Source: Promethearchaeota archaeon
GTDB lineage: Archaea; Asgardarchaeota; Lokiarchaeia; Sigyniarchaeales; SOKP01
Reading direction: 5' to 3'
Length of the DNA: 64,000 nucleotides
Assembly: GCA_030603385.1 (NCBI GenBank)
Contig: JAUVXW010000004.1
Span: 32,001-96,000 of the forward strand
Shown: positions 1-9,275 of the stretch, one piece after another
How positions within the stretch are numbered: the stretch's first letter is position 1
Layout: each line of letters starts with the position of its first letter
Program-made: the position numbers and the translations under genes
Notes under the pieces: model-generated
What the model saw: only the letters and a program-made list of their open reading frames with translations
Databases searched by the model: none
Told to the model about the DNA's origin: nothing

Positions 1-491
1 AAATCCGCCCATTTTATTCGAAAATGAAAATAATCCCAGTCTAAAGAATCTTTATTTGCAATTATAATTTTCAATACATCATCATTATCGATTGAGCTAC
101 GATCACTTCTTGCCAATTTCGTTAATATATAATCTTCAACAGCAAGAACATAAACATCCCCAAAAAACAACTGTATTTTATCAACCATTTGATCATCCCA
201 TTGAAAAGCATCGCAGGGTTTTAGCCATATTTCTGCCTCACTATTCTTCCCAAATACTGTGAATAAATCATGATCTATTTTTGGTTGTTGCTTTGTATTA
301 ATCTCTTTTTCTTTTAAGGCTTCAATATAAGTATTTAGCTTCTTCTGAGATTTGATTTTAATACAAACATCAATATCTAGAGTTGTTCTTGCAACATTAT
401 AAGCAGGAAGAGCTAACCCTCCGATTATAACAGTCGTAATCTTATAGTGAGATGCAACATCTAAGATAATTTGGAGTATATTACTTATCAA
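1..491 (-). CDS. Nucleotidyltransferase (DUF6036/AbiEii-like), runs off window start
   Basis: Manual translation from TTG 491: ...VIIGGLALPAYNVARTTLDIDVCI...VEDYILTKL...D; GG..R.T.DID motif; no stop before base 1. Confidence 0.75.
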   Translation of the reverse strand, partial: MISNILQIILDVASHYKITTVIIGGLALPAYNVARTTLDIDVCIKIKSQKKLNTYIEALKEKEINTKQQPKIDHDLFTVFGKNSEAEIWLKPCDAFQWDDQMVDKIQLFFGDVYVLAVEDYILTKLARSDRSSIDNDDVLKIIIANKDSLDWDYFHFRIKWAD

Positions 492-642
492 CTTCAATCA
501 ACCTAAGCATATCCTTGAAAATTTGTTCTGGAGTTTTGCCCCTTTCAATTAGACGTTGAAACTCATCTACTTTTTTATATGCTCGTTCTATATCTGCAAG
601 AGTAATATGAATAGGGGCTCTTTTTTCTTTTTCCGGTCTCAT
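481..642 (-). CDS. 53-aa small protein, putative partner of the downstream nucleotidyltransferase
   Basis: MRPEKEKRAPIHITLADIERAYKKVDEFQRLIERGKTPEQIFKDMLRLIEVDK*; overlaps the start of the next gene. Confidence 0.6.
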   Translation of the reverse strand: MRPEKEKRAPIHITLADIERAYKKVDEFQRLIERGKTPEQIFKDMLRLIEVDK

Positions 643-788
643 TTTTTTCTAAGAAACAAATGTTTTTAGTTTCATTTATAATTTTATGTTGTTTAAACCT
701 ATAAATTTATTTTTTCTATTTCTTCTACACTTATTTTATATCTTATTAGTAAAATGTTTTTATTCAATACAATAAAGTATGATATTTA

Positions 789-2501
789 ATGAGAATCGAA
801 GAATTTGATGTATTAGTTGTCGGGGCAGGTCTTAGTGGTTTAAGGGCAGGTTTAGAATTATCGACTAAATGGAATACAGCAGTTATTAGTAAAGTTTTTC
901 CTGTTCGGAGCCACTCTGGAGCTGCTCAAGGAGGGATCAATGCTACCCTAGGTAATTTAGAAGAAGGAAAAGGCGACACTCCCAAAGGACATGCATTTGA
1001 TACCGTAAAAGGTTCTGATTATCTCGCAGATCAAGATATCGTAATGTTTATGTGTGAAGAAGCCCCAAAGATTGTTGTTGAGTTTGAAAGTATGGGTGCT
1101 CCTTTTTCCCGATTGGATTCAGGTTTAATTGCACAGCGACCCTTTGGAGGAGCAGGTTTTCCACGTACATGTTATGCGGGTGATAGAACAGGTCATGCTT
1201 TACTTCACACACTCAATGAACAATCTATTCATAATGGGTTGAATTTTTTTGATGAATACTTTTTAGTAGATCTTTTCAAAGCTGGGGGGAGAATCGCAGG
1301 ATTAATTGCCCTTGATATTGCTAAGGGTGAATTAGTGTCATTTCGAGCACCATATGTTATATTAGCAACTGGAGGGTTCGGACGTATTTTTAAATTCTCT
1401 ACTAATGCTGTTATCAATACAGGTGATGGAGTTGGAGCGGCATTTCGAGCCGGGATCCCAATGCAAGATGTTGAATTTGTTCAATTTCATCCAACAACTT
1501 TATTTGGGACAAATATATTAATAACCGAGGGCGCTCGGGGTGAAGGTGGATATTTATTTAATAACAAAAATCATCGTTTTATGGAAAAGACCGCACCAAA
1601 AGCCATGGAACTCGCCCCACGTGATATTGTAGCACGTTCAATTGAAACAGAAATTATTGAGGAAAGAGGATTTGAAAATTCATATGTTCATTTAGATCTT
1701 ACTCATTTAGGTGCTGAGAGAATTAAGGAGAGACTTCCTGGTATTAGAGAGATTAGTATTTCTTTTGCAGGAATTGACCCAATTGATGAACCAATCCCTG
1801 TACAACCTGGTCAGCATTATTCAATGGGTGGAATTGGAACTAAATTCGATGGAATATATGGGGAAACAGATCTACCAGGACTTTATACTATTGGTGAATG
1901 TTCTTGTTTATCTGTTCATGGTGCTAATCGATTAGGTGGTAACTCGTTATTAGAAACTGCAGTATTTGGGAGATATATAGGAAGAAAATTACTTAAAAAA
2001 GGATTACCTAATAAACCATCATTAAGCGAAATTCAGATTGCTGAAGAAAAGGCAATCAATAATATCGAAAGATTATTTAAGAGCTGGAGTGAAAATACTG
2101 GTAAAAAACCCGTAGAGATTAGAAATGAAATGGGAGAGACTCTGAATAGGAATGTAGGCGTCTATAGAACTGATAAGGATCTTAAGAAAGCGACCACAAC
2201 CCTTCCAAGATTACAAAAAGAATTCTTAAACACACAAGTTTCAACTGAAGATAGAAGATTTAATTACGGACTAATCCGAACTTTAGAACTTAGAAGTATG
2301 TTAGATATTGCAGAAGCAACTTCTTATGCCTCATTATGGAGGAAAGAGAGTAGAGGCGCTCACTTCCGTATTGATTACCCTACGAGAAATGATGATAAAT
2401 ATCTCGTGCATACAATGATTTATAGAGTAAAAGATGGGTTGGAGATAAAGACAAAACCAGTTAAATTAGGAATATTTGAGATCAAGGAGAGGAAATACTA
2501 A
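789..2501 (+). CDS. sdhA: Succinate dehydrogenase/fumarate reductase flavoprotein subunit
   Basis: GAGLSG FAD motif, RSHSGAAQGG covalent-FAD His, QFHPT, HGANRLGGNSL, ESRGAH. Confidence 0.95.
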   Translation: MRIEEFDVLVVGAGLSGLRAGLELSTKWNTAVISKVFPVRSHSGAAQGGINATLGNLEEGKGDTPKGHAFDTVKGSDYLADQDIVMFMCEEAPKIVVEFESMGAPFSRLDSGLIAQRPFGGAGFPRTCYAGDRTGHALLHTLNEQSIHNGLNFFDEYFLVDLFKAGGRIAGLIALDIAKGELVSFRAPYVILATGGFGRIFKFSTNAVINTGDGVGAAFRAGIPMQDVEFVQFHPTTLFGTNILITEGARGEGGYLFNNKNHRFMEKTAPKAMELAPRDIVARSIETEIIEERGFENSYVHLDLTHLGAERIKERLPGIREISISFAGIDPIDEPIPVQPGQHYSMGGIGTKFDGIYGETDLPGLYTIGECSCLSVHGANRLGGNSLLETAVFGRYIGRKLLKKGLPNKPSLSEIQIAEEKAINNIERLFKSWSENTGKKPVEIRNEMGETLNRNVGVYRTDKDLKKATTTLPRLQKEFLNTQVSTEDRRFNYGLIRTLELRSMLDIAEATSYASLWRKESRGAHFRIDYPTRNDDKYLVHTMIYRVKDGLEIKTKPVKLGIFEIKERKY

Positions 2502-3265
2502 TGGTAGAAAAACATAAATTTTTAGTTTATAGAAATTCTGGTAATGGAAAAAGTCATTATGACAAATTCGAATTTCCAGTTTCAAAGGGTATGAGTATTT
2601 TAGATGCTCTTTTTTATATACAGGATTATTTTGATTCAACACTAGCTTTTCGTTATGCGTGTAGGGGAGCAATTTGTGGATCATGTGGAATGACTATAGA
2701 TAAAGTACCCTTGCTCGCGTGTAGAACTCAAGTATCTACCGTTAAAATTGCTAAGAAACCCATTAATTTGCCTGAGTTTAAATTTGGTGATCATCCAGAT
2801 TGGGATCCTGATACTGAAATTTTGGTTGAGCCATTACCGAATATGACAGTTTTAAAAGATTTGGTTGTAGATATGAAACCTTTCTGGAAATTTTATAGAG
2901 AGATTGAACCGTTTTTTGAAAGAGAGTTGAATGATATTGCTCCAGAATCAACACAATCACCATCTCAAATGAAAAAAATTGAACGTCTAGTCTATTGTAT
3001 ATTGTGTGGATTATGCTGGGCTTGCCCTGTTAGCAACAAAAATCCAAAATATTTAGGACCAGCACAATTAGCAAAAGCAGAGAGATTTATAAGTGATTCA
3101 AGAATATCAAATGAGAAACAGAGATCAATTCTTTCACGTGTTTTAAAGGATGATGCAGTTCCTGCATGTGAGAAATTTTTCGTCTGCAATCGGATCTGTC
3201 CTAAGGGAGTTATGCCAGGGACAGCAATTAAGGATATAAGAGATAAAAATATCAGTGAGAGATAA
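2501..3265 (+). CDS. sdhB: Succinate dehydrogenase/fumarate reductase Fe-S subunit
   Basis: CRGAICGSC...C (2Fe-2S), CILCGLCWACP, CEKFFVCNRICP; start overlaps sdhA stop. Confidence 0.93.
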   Translation: MVEKHKFLVYRNSGNGKSHYDKFEFPVSKGMSILDALFYIQDYFDSTLAFRYACRGAICGSCGMTIDKVPLLACRTQVSTVKIAKKPINLPEFKFGDHPDWDPDTEILVEPLPNMTVLKDLVVDMKPFWKFYREIEPFFERELNDIAPESTQSPSQMKKIERLVYCILCGLCWACPVSNKNPKYLGPAQLAKAERFISDSRISNEKQRSILSRVLKDDAVPACEKFFVCNRICPKGVMPGTAIKDIRDKNISER

Positions 3266-3451
3266 GAGTTAAAGATTTTGTTTTTCTTTTTATAGAATTT
3301 TTTATTTCTTTTTTCTATTGTAAATATACAGTAAGATTCATTCAATTATTTTGAAAATCTAAGGGATTCTATAATATTAATAAACCGTTTTTCTATTATT
3401 ATATTTAAAGGAGTTAACAATATAAAGTTAAAATATGGTATGAAAGAATAA

Positions 3452-3688
3452 ATGACATCTGAATCAAATAATAATTTTAGAAAAATTACTAGAGATTTTA
3501 AAGGAAGAATAGAGTTAATGAAAAAAACGGAGTTAAAAAAAATTGAGTCAATTTTCTTAGAAATCTATGAATTAGGATTACAAGATTACATTCAAAAGGA
3601 AAAAGAGAGATATCCTGATAAAACTCATAAAGAAATTATTATAAATATGTATCAGTTCCATGATAAATTACGAGGGAGAAAAAAGTAA
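3452..3688 (+). CDS. Small helical protein, putative antitoxin/partner
   Basis: 78-aa ORF abutting the nucleotidyltransferase gene. Confidence 0.55.
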   Translation: MTSESNNNFRKITRDFKGRIELMKKTELKKIESIFLEIYELGLQDYIQKEKERYPDKTHKEIIINMYQFHDKLRGRKK

Positions 3689-4318
3689 ATGGAAAACACT
3701 TATAAACAAGCATTTTTACAAATAATTGATTTTTTAGAAGGCTTGGAAGAAAACAAGGGTGTTAAATATTATTTAGTAGGAGGTATTTTAGTAAATTTAT
3801 ACTCAGACTTTAGGATTACTCGTGATATTGATATTGTAATAGATTTGCAATCATCTAATATTACTCTTGCCGATTATATTTCACTATTGGAAAAAAATAA
3901 TTTTCATCCATTACAAGATTGGAAAACAACTTTATTTCTGGCTAGAGAAATCAATATTATTCAATTTTTAGACAAAAGCGATACGGTAAGATATGATAAT
4001 CACATAGTAGTAAAAATCAGTAGCAATAAATATAAAAAAATGGGTCCCATTGGATTAAAAAAGAGAGTTCGAGAGAGGGTCTTTGGCATTGAATGCTGGG
4101 TTACTTCAAAAGAAGATTTTATCTTAAGTAAATTAGTATATGGAGGTTGGCAAGATTATACTGATGCTTTGGGGTGTTGGTTACGTTTTCAGAATGAATT
4201 AGATAAGGATTATTTAGAATTTGTTAGCAGTCAATTAGATATAGAACAAGAATATTTATTATTAAAATCTGGAATAGATGATCCAGATGACTTTTTCAAA
4301 AGATTAAAAGGAAAATAA
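3689..4318 (+). CDS. Nucleotidyltransferase (DUF6036/AbiEii-like)
   Basis: LVGGILVNLYSDFRITRDIDIV and EDFILSKL...QDYTD motifs. Confidence 0.75.
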   Translation: MENTYKQAFLQIIDFLEGLEENKGVKYYLVGGILVNLYSDFRITRDIDIVIDLQSSNITLADYISLLEKNNFHPLQDWKTTLFLAREINIIQFLDKSDTVRYDNHIVVKISSNKYKKMGPIGLKKRVRERVFGIECWVTSKEDFILSKLVYGGWQDYTDALGCWLRFQNELDKDYLEFVSSQLDIEQEYLLLKSGIDDPDDFFKRLKGK

Positions 4319-4468
4319 TTATTTCATGGATATTTTTAAGCTTTTAATCCTCGATTTTTTTTCTTGTTTTCAATAATTTAGATATCTTCTTTTTCAAATG
4401 AAGCTTTATTTAATTCTAAATAGTATTAAAAAACAAAAAAAAAATAAATAGCACAAAGTGAGAATTGA

Positions 4469-5935
4469 GTGTCGAAAGAAGAATATTATAAACCTACTTG
4501 GAATTCTTTAAAGAAGCATAGAACTCCGGAGTGGTTAGACGACGCAAAATTTGGGATTTACTACCATTGGGGTGTTTATTCAGTTCCTGCATGTGGCCCT
4601 AACGTCAGTTGGTATCCGCTCTGGATGTATAGAAAAGGTTCTCGACAATATGAATACCATGTTAAACATTATGGAGATCCATCTGAATTTGGTTATAAAG
4701 ATCTAATACCCCTGTTTAAAGCAGAAAAATTCAATCCCGATGAGTGGGCAAAATTATTTAAAGATGCGGGAGCTAAATTCGCCGGTCCTGTTGCGATTCA
4801 TCATGATTCCTTTGCCATGTGGGATAGTAAGGTAACTAAATGGAATGCTACCAATATGGGTCCAAAGAGGGATACTGTCGGTGAAATGGAAAAAGCGATA
4901 AGAAAGCAAGGTATGAAGTTTATGGTTGCATTCCATCATGCTGCAAATTGGTTCTTCTTTCCACATTCTATTCCTGAATATGATACTTCAAATCCAGAAT
5001 TCGCAGGGTTATATGGTGTGAGATACAATGGGAAATATAAACGATATCAGGTATGGCCAAATAAAGAATTTCTTGATTGGTGGAAAGCTATTGTTATTGA
5101 AGTAATTGATAAATATAAACCTGATCTTATATGGTGGGATTTTGGATTGGGAAGGATTAATGAAAAATATAAAAAAGAAGTTTTGGCACATTATTTTAAC
5201 AGCGCTGATGAATGGGGAAAAGAAGTTGAAATACTTTATAAAATGAACAATATTCCCCCCGGAGTGGGGGTAGTTGATTACGAAGTGGGGCGGGCAAATA
5301 AATTAACATATTATAAATGGATAACAGATACTTCTGTAGATATTAATGCTCAAAGTACAGCCTGGGGTTATGCTCGAGAAGCGGGTGTAAAGTCATCTAG
5401 AATACTCGTTCATAATTTCATTGATCGAGTGGCAAAACATGGTTATTTAGTTATTAATGTGGGTCCAAAGGCTGATGGCACTATACCAGAGCTCCATCAA
5501 GAAGCATTACTGGATATGGGAAAGTGGTTGGAACTTAACGGGGAGGCTATTTATGGAAGTACCCCCTGGTCAATTGCTGAAGAAGGACCTACAAAATTGG
5601 ACGAGGGTGGTATGTTTTCTGAAAGAAGTGATCGACCGTACACTCCAGAAGATATCCGGTTCACAGTGAAGGATAATGCACTTTATGCAATTGTATTAGG
5701 ATGGCCTTATAGACCAAAATGGACAATTTCAACCCTTAGAAAATCTTTAATAAATGTAGATCAAAATGAAAATAATTCAATCCATCTTATCACAGAGGAA
5801 GAAATCAAATCTATTAAAATGTTGGGAGTTAATCAAGATCTTAGATGGACATTAGACGATGATGGCTTACATATAGAAGTTCCAGATAAAAAGCCATGCG
5901 ATCACGCAGTAACTTTCAAAATTAGTTGGAATTAG
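4469..5935 (+). CDS. Alpha-L-fucosidase (GH29)
   Basis: WLDDAKFGIYYHWGVYSVP, HHDSF, DLIWWD nucleophile, NVGPKADG. Confidence 0.92.
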   Translation: MSKEEYYKPTWNSLKKHRTPEWLDDAKFGIYYHWGVYSVPACGPNVSWYPLWMYRKGSRQYEYHVKHYGDPSEFGYKDLIPLFKAEKFNPDEWAKLFKDAGAKFAGPVAIHHDSFAMWDSKVTKWNATNMGPKRDTVGEMEKAIRKQGMKFMVAFHHAANWFFFPHSIPEYDTSNPEFAGLYGVRYNGKYKRYQVWPNKEFLDWWKAIVIEVIDKYKPDLIWWDFGLGRINEKYKKEVLAHYFNSADEWGKEVEILYKMNNIPPGVGVVDYEVGRANKLTYYKWITDTSVDINAQSTAWGYAREAGVKSSRILVHNFIDRVAKHGYLVINVGPKADGTIPELHQEALLDMGKWLELNGEAIYGSTPWSIAEEGPTKLDEGGMFSERSDRPYTPEDIRFTVKDNALYAIVLGWPYRPKWTISTLRKSLINVDQNENNSIHLITEEEIKSIKMLGVNQDLRWTLDDDGLHIEVPDKKPCDHAVTFKISWN

Positions 5936-5995
5936 TCTGGTTTTTAAAAATTTTTTTTACTAAATTTTTTTAAGAATATTAGATAACAGATATCT

Positions 5996-8290
5996 ATGAA
6001 TACCAGATTATTAGAATCTAAAAAGATTATTAGAAATACTGTTAATCGAGTTCAATACCTAAAACAAGAAGGAAATTCTTTTATTTTCAAAACCGAGGGG
6101 CGATCTTATCCTAAAAAAATTCAAGAACTTCTTCCTAGGAACAAAGTACAAGAAGTTGATAAATTTAATGGTTTCTTACAAATAGAAAATCTTTCAGATA
6201 CAATTTTTAGAATTCGTTATAAAGAAGCTGATACCATTGAAGAAAATGAAACCCCTATGGTTATTGGCACATTCGAAGGCCCTCAAAATATAGATATTTC
6301 GATATTGAAAGACAAGATTGAAATAAAAACTAATAAGATAAATATAAATATAATTCTATATCCTTTTAGAGTTCAAGTAAACAATTTTACTGAAAAAAAA
6401 TTATGTGGAATTGGGGGTTTTGAAAAACATGATTTCAGGCAATGGGATTCATTTAATGCGGGAATTTGCTATTCACAAAGTGATAAATCTCCAATTGCTG
6501 TTGAATTGTTTGATCTCGATCCTCATGAAGCGATTTATGGATTTGGGGAAAAATTTACGCGATTAAATAAGGTTGGGCAAACTATTGATATATTAACAGA
6601 AGAAGCTAGTAGCACAATATCTCCACGGACTTATAAACCTATACCGTTTTTTGTAAGCACTAAAGGATATGGGGTATTTTTTAACCATTCAAGTCTGATG
6701 ACATGTTGGGTTGGCAGTTTAAGCTCTGGAGATATTCAGATTGCAATCGAAGATAATTTTCTAGATTATTTTGTCATTTTAGGGGATATTAAGGAGATTC
6801 TTTCTCAATATACAGATATTACTGGTAAGGGAGTAGTACCTCCAAAATGGAGCTTTGGCTATTGGCAATCTAAAATCTCGTATAAAAGTGCAGGTGAGAC
6901 TCTGAAAATAGCCCGAAAACTTAGAGAAAATAAAATACCTTGTGATATAATTCATTTAGACACCTATTGGTTTAAAGAAGATTGGTACTGCGATCTTGAA
7001 ATGGATAAAGAGAGGTTCCCAGATCCTGAAGCATATTTTAACGAAATGGCTAAAATGGGTTTTAAAATTTCTTTATGGCAATTACCTTATATTCCTGAAG
7101 GTTCTCAATATTTCGAGGAACTAAAAGCGGTTGATGGTTTTGTAAAAACTAGAGATGGTGAAATATATGATACTGGCATAATTTTTAGCAGAGAAAAAAG
7201 AATCGCGGCATGTATTGATTTTACTAACCCCAAAGCGGTTGAGGTTTATCAAAAATGGATTGGCAGACTCCTTAAATTAGGGGCTAAAGTAATTAAAGTT
7301 GACTTTGGGGAACAAGCACCTATCGATGGTATTTATCATAATGGCAAAACAGGTCGTCGAATGCATAATTTATATCCTCTTCTTTATAACCAAGCAGCAG
7401 CTAAAATAACAAAAGAAATACATGGGATAGGATTTATTTGGGCAAGATCGGCATGGGCAGGTTCACAACGTTATCCTGTTCATTGGGGGGGTGACAGCTC
7501 AGCTAACTGGTTTAATATTATACCAACCCTAGAGGCGGGACTTTCATTTGGACTTTCTGGATTCCAATTTTGGAGTGAAGATATTGGCGGCTTCACAGGC
7601 AATACTGGCGGAGATCTATTAATTCGTTGGATGCAAATGGGATTATTTCATTCTCATAGTAGGATTCATGGGACTTTTAAAAGGGAATTATATAGATTTA
7701 ATAAAAATGTTATAAAGATTTGTCGTGATTACATTAACTTACGATATCGTTTAATCCCATACATTTACGGTTCTGCAATAAAATGTGTTGAAACTTCTTT
7801 ACCGATGACTAGAGCGCTAGTAATTGAATTTCAAGACGATCCAACTGTATGGAATATTGGTGATCAATTTTTATTTGGAGATTTCTTTTTAATAGCACCA
7901 ATTTATAGAGCTGATAATAATAGAGCTATTTATTTTCCTGAAGGGACATGGGTTGATTGGTGGACTAAAGATAAAATTAAAGGAAAGCAATGGATTAACA
8001 TTGATTCAGATATTGACAAACTGCCTCTTTATGTAAGGGAAGGAGCGATAATTCCAATGGGTCCTATCATGCAATACATTGATGAATTTGAAATTAGTGA
8101 AATTGAATTATATATTGCACCCTTTCAAAAAGATGGAACAACTGAATTCACTATACCAGTAAATAATGAAATGATCAAAGTTGAGTATACAGCTTTAAAA
8201 GGAGAGCATAATCTTAAGATCGAAAAGAGTAAAGTTAAATTCAAGATTGTAGTAATGGGGAATGAGGAGTTAAAAATTAATAAGGAATAA
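5996..8290 (+). CDS. GH31 alpha-xylosidase/alpha-glucosidase (YicI-like)
   Basis: YGFGEKF, PPKWSFGYW, KVDFGE nucleophile, WGGD, DIGGF. Confidence 0.9.
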   Translation: MNTRLLESKKIIRNTVNRVQYLKQEGNSFIFKTEGRSYPKKIQELLPRNKVQEVDKFNGFLQIENLSDTIFRIRYKEADTIEENETPMVIGTFEGPQNIDISILKDKIEIKTNKININIILYPFRVQVNNFTEKKLCGIGGFEKHDFRQWDSFNAGICYSQSDKSPIAVELFDLDPHEAIYGFGEKFTRLNKVGQTIDILTEEASSTISPRTYKPIPFFVSTKGYGVFFNHSSLMTCWVGSLSSGDIQIAIEDNFLDYFVILGDIKEILSQYTDITGKGVVPPKWSFGYWQSKISYKSAGETLKIARKLRENKIPCDIIHLDTYWFKEDWYCDLEMDKERFPDPEAYFNEMAKMGFKISLWQLPYIPEGSQYFEELKAVDGFVKTRDGEIYDTGIIFSREKRIAACIDFTNPKAVEVYQKWIGRLLKLGAKVIKVDFGEQAPIDGIYHNGKTGRRMHNLYPLLYNQAAAKITKEIHGIGFIWARSAWAGSQRYPVHWGGDSSANWFNIIPTLEAGLSFGLSGFQFWSEDIGGFTGNTGGDLLIRWMQMGLFHSHSRIHGTFKRELYRFNKNVIKICRDYINLRYRLIPYIYGSAIKCVETSLPMTRALVIEFQDDPTVWNIGDQFLFGDFFLIAPIYRADNNRAIYFPEGTWVDWWTKDKIKGKQWINIDSDIDKLPLYVREGAIIPMGPIMQYIDEFEISEIELYIAPFQKDGTTEFTIPVNNEMIKVEYTALKGEHNLKIEKSKVKFKIVVMGNEELKINKE

Positions 8291-8384
8291 CTTTATTAAA
8301 TTTAAGAAATCTCTCGAATCAAATTAATAACAGTAAAGATTTTTTCCTTCAATTCGGAAGTTTGATAAGGATTTATTAATTCAT

Positions 8385-9233
8385 CTATTTCCATCTATCG
8401 AGAGTAGGATTCCACATTCCTATATATAATTTTTCATCAAAACTATTAAGAAGAGACATATCTTCTTCAGATAGGGTAAAATCGAAGATTTGAGAATTTT
8501 CTATTATATGTTCTTCTTTTGATGATTTAGGGATTACAATGATATTATGTTGTAAATCCCATCGGATTAATATTTGAGCAGTAGTTTTATTATATTTTTG
8601 AGCTACTTCCATGAGCTTTTTGTCGTCTAATTTTCTTCCTTTAGTTAAAGGGCTATAAGCTTCAAGTCTGATGTCATGGTTCTCACAAAAATCCTTTAAA
8701 TCTTTTAAATATAGATAAGGGGTAAGTTCAACTTGATTAACTGTTGGTATAACATCTGCTTCGTTTAGTAATTCTTCAAGATGATGTTGATAGTAGTTAC
8801 TTACGCCTATAGAACGAGCTTTTCCATCTTTATAAATTTTCTCTAGAGCTTTCCACGCATCTTGTCGATGGGTTGGTTCTGGCCAATGTAATAAATAAAG
8901 ATCGACGTAGTCTAAATTTAAACTTTTTAGGCTTCTCTCAAATGCTTTCAGTGCTTTATCATATTGAAATGATGATATCCAAAGCTTAGTTGTAACAAAA
9001 ATTTCCTCTCGTTTTAAATCGCATTCCTGCATTGCATTCTTTATACCTTGACCAACGCCCTTTTCATTACCATATATCGTTGCGGTATCGAAATGCCGAT
9101 ACCCCGCACTAATAGCCCAACGAATGGCATTTACTACGGTATTTCCATCCGAAATTTCCCATGTGCCTAGCCCTAAAAGTGGTATTTCAACACCATTATT
9201 TAATTTAATTTTGGAGTTTATGTTTAAATCCAT
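8385..9233 (-). CDS. Aldo/keto reductase
   Basis: GYRHFDTATIY, TTKLW, DLYLLHWP, IGVSNY, IPKSS. Confidence 0.95.
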   Translation of the reverse strand: MDLNINSKIKLNNGVEIPLLGLGTWEISDGNTVVNAIRWAISAGYRHFDTATIYGNEKGVGQGIKNAMQECDLKREEIFVTTKLWISSFQYDKALKAFERSLKSLNLDYVDLYLLHWPEPTHRQDAWKALEKIYKDGKARSIGVSNYYQHHLEELLNEADVIPTVNQVELTPYLYLKDLKDFCENHDIRLEAYSPLTKGRKLDDKKLMEVAQKYNKTTAQILIRWDLQHNIIVIPKSSKEEHIIENSQIFDFTLSEEDMSLLNSFDEKLYIGMWNPTLDRWK

Positions 9234-9275
9234 AATTTCTCACCTCACTGTTTTTTCAACCAATTTTTCATGTCT

